From NCBI RefSeq assembly GCF_000400465.1, contig NW_008806282.1, forward strand, positions 300,001 to 332,000: DNA of 32,000 nt. The letters run 5' to 3'. The stretch comes from Wallemia ichthyophaga EXF-994. Lineage: Eukaryota; Fungi; Basidiomycota. The position numbers were made by a program, and so were the translations under genes. The first letter of the stretch is position 1. Each line of letters opens with the position of its first letter. The notes beneath the pieces are model-generated. The model was not told the DNA's origin and did not search any database. It worked only from the letters and a program-made list of their open reading frames with translations. This document shows positions 22,886 to 32,000 of this stretch, piece after piece.

Positions 22886-25593
22886 CTACTTGTTACTCGT
22901 AGCTGAGCTTGACTTGCGCCTGTTTTTAGATATTATTCCTGGCGGCATGTCAGACACTGTTGGCATACTAAACAACCCTCCCTGTGGTCCAGCTGATGCA
23001 GCAGCAGCAGCAAGCTCTTGGTTAGCATTGATTCCGCTTCCGTATGGTGCACCTTTCTTCTCTTCTTCTTCTGAAATATTCAGTGGGCTAATGCTTAATG
23101 ACGCGCTTGGCAACTTGTTTTTGCTTGGTGACTGCAATGGTGGTGGTGCCAATGAATTTTGTGACTTGTTGTGAGGAGTGTTTGTAACAACTGGTGGCAT
23201 ATAACCTGCTCCTATCAACTGAATTTCCTCTCTCAGTGTTTCAAATCTGAAAGCAACGCGAGAATATGGTACATTTGTCTACTCAAAGTTAGGAGCGTTT
23301 AACAAAATGCTTATCAACACTCACTTTACGAATATCATTACCTGAAACGCCCGGAGAATAAAACTTGTCACCCAACCAATGTCTTTTGACCTCCATTTCA
23401 AAACCAGATTGCATGACAGAGTTTCTCGCCAGCTCACACATATCTGCCGGACTAAGCTTATAGATTTGCGCAGCTACGCTGTACTCTTCAAGCAGCGGCT
23501 CCTTGGTGAAAGCCAACATCAATGGATCATCAGTGCTTAAACTGACATTCAAACCAGTTCTGAAGAAATCGGGGAATGGGTTCCTCTCATACGTAAGGAA
23601 AAGAGCATTGTTTGATAAAGGCGACATAGCGATTCCAATCTGACGCAAGTAATAGAGATACTGAAGTGCCGGTACTTTCCTAAGTAAAATGCCGTGTGAA
23701 ATTGAGTGAGAGGTGAGGAAAGCAGATGTAAGGTGATCAGTGTCACCTGCTTCACCTGCATGTGGGCGAAGGACAAAGGTGTTAAAACCGCGTCTTGATC
23801 TCCAGTTGTTCAGCGTGGCAAGGTTCGCATACATATAGTAAATCCAGTATGCGTATGGAGGGTTTTGTTTAGTATCCCATACACGTGGATAGGGGAATTT
23901 TTTATAGATTCTTCTTTCAGTTTTAGATTCGTCATCAACACTATCAAAGCCAATTACTCTTTGTAAGAAGATGTACAACTCTGGGTGTGACGTTGGATCT
24001 TTAGTTACTTCGAAAAGTGGTTGGAATATGTTCTTCACTATCTCTTCAAAGTTATCGGCTATACCTGCATTCTTGTATATATGATAAAGACGTGGCACCT
24101 GAATCAACCATCTCACGTTATCGCAAAAGAGCTTGTTGTTGACTGCCCATTTAGCAACTTTGTCCCACTCATTCAAAGATCTACCGTAGATTGAAATGCG
24201 CCATTCTGCTGCTTGATATTTGCTATCCTCAAGATCACTCATTACTTCTTTTGTTATCTCCGCCAAATATCTGCCTTCAATGAAGTTATCCGTCTTTAAG
24301 AAAACCTCACGAAGACGTGATTCACCGATTGGGTTGTACTTCAAGTTAAATTTGTCGAACCTGTGGAATGAGTCTTGATGAGCATGCATATCGAGTGTAT
24401 CAATAGATAAATCATATGCTGTTAACTTCAATGACTCAAAAACCTCCTTCAAAGTCAAGTCTTTACCATCTCTGTGGATGACGACATCATTAGGACTCTT
24501 ACGAAGCTTGTACTTGATGAAACGAAGCAAATGCTTTTGATTAAAGCAAGCAGAATGATGAATGTGAGTGTCCACTTTTCTTACGTTATAAAAGTCACGA
24601 TGTGGTACGCGCTTCATCTCTGCCAATTCCTGGTACTCGTTCATCAAAGAGTACATTTGCCATTTAGATTGTAAATACTTGAGTCTTCTAAAGGCGAACG
24701 ATTTAGCAGGACCGTCACTTATTACACCGAGGATGTAGTCCAAGTCGATAAAGTATTCTCTAATTGTTGGTACGTTGAACAGAGGTTTGTGGGATTCATC
24801 ACTCTTTTCGTAGACTTGATAAACACCTTTTTCATCCATTTCAAAGTCCCATTTCAATTCCGAGTGCTCACTTGGCACTTGACCGGCATCCTTCCATTCA
24901 AACTCCGTCTTCTTCTCTCTTGTTGGTTCTTGAGGGAGTTCCATGCCTTGAGAGTTATTTCTGTACCAAAATGGTTTAGGTGGTGGAGGATAGATACGCC
25001 ATGGCTCGAATTTATCGCCCTTATTATTGCCTTGGCTATCGGCCGGGTAGAATCTACCGTCATAGTTGGTTGGATTATCTTCGAGTCTTTGATTGGATAC
25101 AGCCATGTACCTTTGAGTTATGTAAGAATGTAAAGAATATTTCACCTATAGCTTATGTACTTGTCACGAAGGTTTAAACATGTTTGGAACGATTGATAGA
25201 GTGCACGCAATTCAGCGCTGATTTCCTCAGCTGGTGAATATCAATAAATGTGCTTAAAATAAAGAATCTAATCCTACCCAGTGGTGGCGGTGGTGGTGCT
25301 TTTCCACCGGCAAAGTCCTCATTAGCGTCTTCTTCTTGGGACTGAGCGCATTCTTTCTCAAGAAATTCATCATCGTGACTGAAATCTGCGTGATGATGGG
25401 CAAAGAATTTACCATCAGCCTTTTAATATTTGATTAAGTGAGGCAAGTGTATGGCTAGCTAGCAACATACGTCGTTCAAGAGATTGTGATCCCTTTGAGA
25501 GTAAAATGGATCGACAGTCTCATCATCTGGCTTCGTAAGCTTTGTCGGCTGTAAAACGCTCTCAAATCCTTCTGGTACGGGCGAATCAACCAT
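22886..25593 (-). CDS. AMD1: AMP deaminase, multi-exon, with Ser/Pro-rich C-terminal tail
   Basis: [62 protein letters not shown]. The start ATG 25593 (MVDSPVPE) is tentative. Confidence 0.95.
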
Positions 25594-25718
25594 GGTCGAC
25601 GTTTGAATCAAAACGGAGATAAAGAACTGATTGCCGAAATCCTGTCGGACAAAATTAAACTTGAATAAATCAATGCATGCAGTGTATTTCTAGTAAAGGT
25701 CTTTTTTATGTGCAGATT

Positions 25719-26704
25719 TCATGGAATAACAGCTTCACCGTCATCTGGAACAGTTCTCATTCCAGCAAGACGCATCTGTGGATGATTAGTGTCAAATTGT
25801 ATAAATCTGTAGACTCTTCAACTCCCCACCTTAACGCCTAGCTCGCAGAGATAGTCAATACACTGTAGTATACTTAATGTCTTATGGCTGAAAATTCTCG
25901 CTTCAACCTACTTCGGTTTGTGCTTTAGCTTTTTCCCAGGTAGGGCCTGTAAAAGTAGTTTGTGAATAATTTGAAGAGTTTAAAAGCGATAACGTACCCC
26001 AAACATAAATACCATGCCTCCTCACAAGGACACCAGGCGCATTTGGATACTTGTGCATAGCCTGAAATGTTAGATAGCGTTTTGATAGTTAAACATGCTC
26101 ACCTCAGCCATTCCCTCCATCAAGTCTTCTTCATTTGGTGTGTTCTCGATGATCGGTACGACAAGGGTGTCCAAGTAAGTCAAGGCATCTGACATACCAC
26201 CTTTGCGAACGCCCTTGATCATCTCTTGATGAGAGATTCTGAATTCTTTACCCCAAAGGAGTGTAGCCATAACAGTATTTTGTGAGTGAGTGTGGATGCA
26301 ACTAAGTGCACCACGAATGCTGAAGGCATTGAAGAAGAGTGGTGTACAAGCAGACTCTTTCAAACCTCTTCCAGGTGCTCTAACCACGCTACGATCATTT
26401 ACTGTTAAAACGAACATATCTTCTGGGTTTATGCGCTCCTTCTGTACACCTTGATAAAGTTAGGATGGCTAAACAAGGGAAATTGAGTGATACCTGATGG
26501 TGCAACGTATGCTACGTTACTGAGATAATATTAAGCCAATCTATTAACAACAAGAAGCATTAAGCCTCACTTGTCTCTGATAGAAATACCGCCACCGGTT
26601 CCAGTGACCCAGCCTTGACGATACATGTTCTCACATAGTTGGGGAATCAAATTAGCTGGATGTAATGGATCTATTGAGCTAACGAATTGATCTGAGTTGC
26701 ACAT
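25719..26704 (-). CDS. MDE1: Methylthioribulose-1-phosphate dehydratase (methionine salvage; MtnB/APIP)
   Basis: [10 protein letters not shown]...[71 protein letters not shown]. Stop TGA at 25721-25719. Confidence 0.93.
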
Positions 26705-26809
26705 GGTGGTTTGAATTAGGCTATAAAGAAGATCCCAATGAAGTGACATATACAATTTATAATGAGCAATTGTACAATATGCAAATCAAATAACCCCAAC
26801 TAAAGCATT

Positions 26810-27559
26810 TTAAGCTTCAGCGTCAACGACCTGATCATTACTATAAGCCTGTGACTTGTATACTCAATAAAACCACTCACCTCAGTAACGGTACCCTTGA
26901 AGTTGGTGCATGGAACGTATGAGGCGTAAGTGTAGAGCTTCTCCTTTGCGTCTTCAGCGTCATTGCGCTTACCTGCAGCATCATCCATGGATGACCACGT
27001 CAGCCGCCTTGCTCTTACATTGACAAAGCCAATAGAAAGAGCGGTGACTAGTAAAACTGCAGGTAGACAAGATTTATCATGAGAGTGAACTCTTGTTAAC
27101 TTGTAACAAGCCCGCGTTAAGCGTGAACCCAACGGGAGTGCAAAATCAAAAAAGAAAATTTGACAACCAGACGGTGTCACTCTATTAAAATCGAGTCACT
27201 GAGCAAATACCAGAAACAATCTACTCTTCCTATTAGCAATTAAGTGTTACTCACGCTCAAGACGAAGACGAAGACGACGTGGAGGGCTTCTTACACCACG
27301 GGACCAGACTTGCTGGTTGAGCTTAGGGTCAAGACGGACATCCTTGGTACCCATAGTCTTCTCAGCGAAGGAGACAATTGACTTGATAGCCCATGGAGAA
27401 CGCTTCTTAAAGGATCTGTCGTGAGTACGCTTGTGCAAGTTGACAGTGTAATCACGAGTAACGACGTCCTTGATAGCTGAACGGGTCTTTGGGGTCTTCT
27501 TGTCAATTGGGGCCTGCGATTTTTAGCCTTAAATTGTACAACTAATTTAAACGTACCAT
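26810..27559 (-). CDS. RPL31: 60S ribosomal protein eL31 (4 exons)
   Basis: Exons 27559-27557, 27513-27255, 26972-26881, 26830-26810 give ...[64 protein letters not shown]. Confidence 0.95.
26973..27254 (-). promoter_or_regulatory. Long (282-nt) structured second intron of RPL31
   Basis: About 5-6x the local intron length. Has an extended hairpin at 26999-27048, a 12-bp palindrome at 26982-26993 and further stems. A regulatory or ncRNA role is inferred. Confidence 0.55.
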
Positions 27560-27655
27560 TTCACCTGATCTTGATCGAACCTGCGTAAGCCTCTCACCCA
27601 CAAAAATTCTTTTGAGTGTCAACATCGATAATCAATAAAATATAAAATCAAAATT

Positions 27656-30600
27656 ATGGAATTAAATAATTTAAATAGTCTAGATAATTCAAATAGTCTA
27701 CACAATTCAGATAATTTAAAGGCTGAGGATATTGATCAATCACTCGATCATAGCTCTGGCGACGAGAAAGTCCTCGACGATGACGAGGAGAACCCGGTCC
27801 GTGAGCTCAGTGGGGAGATGTACAAAGCTCACATGCTTCACAGGTCGAGGAGCGTATCGTTGAGGAAGATGACGACATTAGAGATGAAGAGGAAGAGGAG
27901 GATGCTGATGAGGAGGCTGAAGATTCTGACGGTGATAGGCCTACAAAGAAGAAGCGCAAGCAGAACAACCCAAAGAATAGATTTTTGGATGTTGAAGCTG
28001 AAGTTGACGATGATGACGAAGAAGCTGACGATGATGATGAAGTTGCTGGTAAAGACCTCGAATTTATCCAAGAGAACGAAGAGCCTGAAGATGTCGGCAG
28101 AGATATCAGAGGTGGCCACACAACAATCGATAGGCGCGAAAGAGAATTATATGATCAAGATGCTGAGCAAATCGCTGACAGCTACAAGGAAAGATTCGGC
28201 AGATCAAGATACCAAGGCGAGATGAATGAAGTTCCTCAAAGGTTGTTGATGCCTTCAGTTGAAGATCCAAGTCTTTGGGGTGTGAGATGTAAAACTGGAA
28301 GAGAGAACGATATCATCATATCAATTATGTCCAAATATGCGGCAAATGAGTGGGGCCAGAATCCTCTCGGTATCTACTCTGCATTTTGTCCTGTATCAAT
28401 TCAGGGTTGGGTGTATGTGGAAGCCAGATCTTCTGCTCACGTCTTAGAGGCCGTTAAAGGATTGGTTGGTGTTTACTCAACTGCATCCCCTGATCGCAAA
28501 CCCTTTTTGGTTCCTGTCGAGGAAATGGCTGACTTGCTCAAGATTAAAAAGCAAGTAAAAGAAGTCAAACCAAGCTCTTGGGTTAGAATCAAAAGAGGTA
28601 AATATCAAGGAGACTTGGCTCAAGTCATGGATATCACAGAGAATGGCGAAGTTGCAGGTGTCAAATTTATACCACGTATCGATCTTAATCCCAAAGAAGA
28701 CAATACCGCCGTTGGTGCTGATGGAAAGAAGCGCAAGAAGGGTAAAAGCACGGCAACCTCTAGACCACCTCAGAAACTGTACAACCATGCTGATATTATC
28801 AAAGCTTATGGACAAACTTCTTCAACTAAGAAAGGTGACAAGTACGTTTTTCAAGGTGACACCTTTAGAGATGGTTTATTAGAGAAAGATATAACTATTG
28901 CAGGTCTACAGACTGAAGAAGTTAATCCGCAGATTGATGAAATTACCAAGTTTACCGGTCAAAGCGGTGAAGGCTCTGGTATGGATTTGGGAATGATGGC
29001 TGATGCTGTCAAGCAATCTGGTGCCATTCTTCAACCAGGTGATGTAGTCGAGATATTTGAGGGACAATTGGCAGGTATTTCAGGTTCAATTACAGCTTTA
29101 AGAGGAGATGTAGTTACAATCAAAGCAAATGTCGAAGAATTCCTTGATAAAGAAGTCGAGGTATTGTCACGCAGTGTTCGCAAGAAGTTTGCTACAGGTG
29201 ATCACATCAAAGTTATCAATGGAAAGTATACAGATGAGACTGGGTTAGTTTTATCCATAAATAACAGTGACAATACTGTCACGTTCATTTCGGATATGTC
29301 ACAAGAAGAGGTAGGCGATTTTTAAAAAAGTAATGGAAATTATATTGACCCCTTCAAAGCTTTCGGTTTTTTCCAAAGATATTAGAGTAGCTGCAGAAAT
29401 TGGTGCTGCTCATAATACAGTTGGTAACTACGAATTGCACGATTTAGTTCAATTAGATCAACAAACTGCCGGTGTCATTTTTAAAACAGAACACAATCAA
29501 TTTAAGGTTCTCGATCAGAATGGCATAGTTAGAACGGTTGGTCCCAGACAAATCTCGATGCGTAGAGATTCGCGTAGAGCAGTTGCAACTGATTCTGAAA
29601 ACCACGATATACGTATAGGTGATATGGTCAAAGAAATTGCAGGTGAACAACGCAAAGGTCAAGTCTTGCACATTCACAGATCAGTTTTCATTTTCTTATT
29701 CAACCGAGAAATCAATGAAAATCATGGAGTTTTCCTTACAAGATCGACATTATTAGCTTCAGTTGCTCCAAAAACTTTAAATAAAGCGCCAATTGATTTA
29801 TCACAAATGAACCCCGCAATGAAGAATGTCAATCCTATCCAAGAGAAAGGTGGTATGGTCGGCTCACAGATGATGGGTAAGGGTATGAGAGACAAGCTAG
29901 CTGATGTACCCGCACAAGTCATCAGAGGATCATATAAGGGTTTGATTGGTACCATCAAAGAGACAAATGGAAATCGAGTCAGAATCGAGTTAAATACTAA
30001 CTTGAGGGTTGAATCGCTACCGAGGGAATGGGTAATGAGACGTCATAATAATCAACTCGTCAGTTTAGATACATATATCGGTCAACCGAGAAATCAGAAT
30101 GCTGTTAATACTAATTCAAGAGGAGGAGCACAAATGTCTGGAAGTGGAACACCAATGATGGGAAATGCAACACCATGGCAAGGCGGTGGCAAGACACCCT
30201 TTGCACAAGGAGGAGCAACACCTTGGGGAGGAGGTGGACGTACACCCGCATCTGGAGGAAGAACACCTGCTGCAGGAGCTTGGGCTGCTGGTTCAAAAAC
30301 TCCATCAGCTGGAGCTTGGGCAGCAGGCTCAAAAACGCCAGCTGTACGTGGAGGTGCAACACCAGGTTGGGGAGCAGGAGCAGGTAGTAAAACACCTGCG
30401 GGAGCTTGGGGAGCAGGCAGTAAAACACCTGCTGGAGCTTGGGGAGCAGGAGCAAAAACGCCTGCTGGAGCTTGGGGAGCAGGAGCAAAAACGCCTGCTG
30501 GAGCTTGGGGAGCAGGAGCAAAAACGCCTGCTGGAGCTTGGGGAGCAGGAGCAAAAACGCCTGCTGGAGCTTGGGGAGCAGGAGCAAAAACGCCTGCTGG

Positions 30601-32000
30601 AGCTTGGGGAGCAGGAGCAAAAACGCCTGCTGGAGCTTGGGGAGCAGGAGCAAAAACGCCTGCTGGAGCTTGGGGAGCAGGAGCAAAAACGCCTGCTGGA
30701 GCTTGGGGAGCAGGAGCAAAAACGCCTGCTGGAGCTTGGGGAGCAGGAGCAAAAACGCCTGCTGGAGCTTGGGGAGCAGGAGCAAAAACGCCTGCTGGAG
30801 CTTGGGGAGCAGGAGCAAAAACGCCTGCTGGAGCTTGGGGAGCAGGAGCAAAAACGCCTGCTGGAGCTTGGGGAGCAGGAGCAAAAACGCCTGCTGGAGC
30901 TTGGGGAGCAGGAGCAAAAACGCCTGCTGGAGCTTGGGGAGCAGGAGCAAAAACGCCTGCTGGAGCTTGGGGAGCAGGAGCAAAAACGCCTGCTGGAGCT
31001 TGGGGAGCAGGAGCAAAAACGCCTGCTGGAGCTTGGGGAGCAGGAGCAAAAACGCCTGCTGGAGCTTGGGGAGCAGGAGCAAAAACGCCTGCTGGAGCTT
31101 GGGGAGCAGGAGCAAAAACGCCTGCTGGAGCTTGGGGAGCAGGAGCAAAAACGCCTGCTGGAGCTTGGGGAGCAGGAGCAAAAACGCCTGCTGGAGCTTG
31201 GGGAGCAGGAGCAAAAACGCCTGCTGGAGCTTGGGGAGCAGGAGCAAAGACGCCTGGGGGAGCTTGGGGAGCAGGAGCAAAGACGCCTGCAGGAGCAAAC
31301 TGGGGTAACAGTACACCTGCAATCAGACCGGATGATAATGATCAAGGATGGGGATCAGTCTCACCAAGAAGATCTGAAACCAGAGATGTATCGGTGATGC
31401 AGAGTAATGCTGATTGGGCATCTACATCACCTGCATTCAGACCTTCTGCAGATGCATCCGAGTCCCCAGAAAGAGCAAACTTTGGTAGTACATCACCTCA
31501 ACCAATGGGTCAGTCAAGCTGGGAATCACGCGATGATGTGGGTACTTTAAGTTCAAAATCATTTATACGAGCTAACGATGAATCCAATGTAGTACTCAGC
31601 ACCAACGCCATATGGAGGAGCTCCAACACCATATGGATCAGCACCAACGCCTTACGGAGGAGCACCTACTCCTGGTGGAGCGCCAACACCTGGTGGAGGA
31701 TACAATTACAATACGCCAGGGTACAATGCACCAACACCTGGAGGCGGAATGGCACCGACACCATATGGAGCGCCTACACCAGCAATGGGAGCTTCAACGC
31801 CTTATGATTCAAGTTCAGGACCGCAAATGCATGCATCGAGAATGCAACTTAGGCACGGGCCCCCAACAGACTGGTATAAGGATAACGTTAGTATCAAGGT
31901 GAGGATAGACTCGATTGGACAATTCGAGAAAGGTGCTTATGATGGAAAGTATGGATCGTTGCAAAGATGTACACCAAATGAAGACGTGATAGTGAGAGTT
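27656..32000 (+). CDS. SPT5: Transcription elongation factor Spt5 (DSIF large subunit), 3' end outside window
   Basis: Acidic N-terminus with FLDVEAEVD, NGN domain (PSVEDPSLWGVRCKTGRE, GWVYVEA), KOW motifs (WVRIKRGKYQGDLAQV, GDHIKVINGKY) and C-terminal TP repeats. Introns near 27797-27843, ~29311-29351 and 31538-31592. The start ATG is tentative. Confidence 0.96.
30392..31297 (+). repeat. Coding minisatellite, 33-bp unit encoding TPAGAWGAGAK (Spt5 CTR1)
   Basis: Unit ACGCCTGCTGGAGCTTGGGGAGCAGGAGCAAAA recurs at 30458+33k. Periodicity is perfect from 30428 to 31248 (~25 units), with a few degenerate units on each side. Confidence 0.98.
31593..31810 (+). repeat. Second, degenerate Spt5 repeat region (APTPY/G units; CTR2-like)
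   Basis: After the 55-nt intron the frame reads YSAPTPYGGAPTPYGSAPTPYGGAPTPGGAPTPGG...APTPYGAPTP, with variable codons. Confidence 0.8.

Noticed and set aside
23500-23530. AMP deaminase DPLMLAF instead of the usual DPLQFAF
   Set aside because: The metal-binding and catalytic motifs are intact, and I cannot judge significance without an alignment.
27560-27600. ACCTGATC...CTGCGTAAG resembling part of a TPP riboswitch
   Set aside because: The conserved CTGAGA/ATACC core and the pairing are absent, and the neighbours are not thiamine genes.
30428-31248. CRISPR-like array
   Set aside because: The units are contiguous with no spacers, lie in a coding frame, and the DNA is eukaryotic.
30111-31397. 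Long alternative-frame and antisense ORFs (403, 410, 338, 289 aa) over SPT5
   Set aside because: They arise because the 33-bp unit has no stop in any frame. Only the TP-repeat frame is continuous with Spt5 domains.

Overview
Compact, intron-rich fungal nuclear DNA. Introns are mostly 40-55 nt and intergenic spacers run from -4 to about 540 bp. This architecture and the protein styles suggest a small-genome basidiomycete such as Wallemia (inference, not verified). I reconstructed 14 protein-coding genes by hand: an alpha/beta-hydrolase lipase (partial), QCR7, methylmalonate-semialdehyde dehydrogenase, a YHR202W-like 5'-nucleotidase, MOT1, a paxillin-like LIM protein, an MCT-type MFS transporter, RPS6, RPS13, ERV25, AMP deaminase, MDE1, RPL31 and SPT5 (partial). 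No rRNA, tRNA, CRISPR array or intact mobile element was recognised. Signals the gene list does not explain: (1) a 4.6-kb gene-free island containing a ~197-bp, ~80% identical inverted duplicate; (2) unusually long, structured introns in RPL31 and RPS13; (3) an RPS6 start codon split by an intron, with a possible spliced uORF ending in a UAAUG stop-start overlap; (4) two convergent genes whose stop codons overlap; (5) ~25 nucleotide-identical 33-bp units in the SPT5 C-terminal repeat. All exon boundaries and RNA structures were read by eye and need RNA-seq or computational confirmation.
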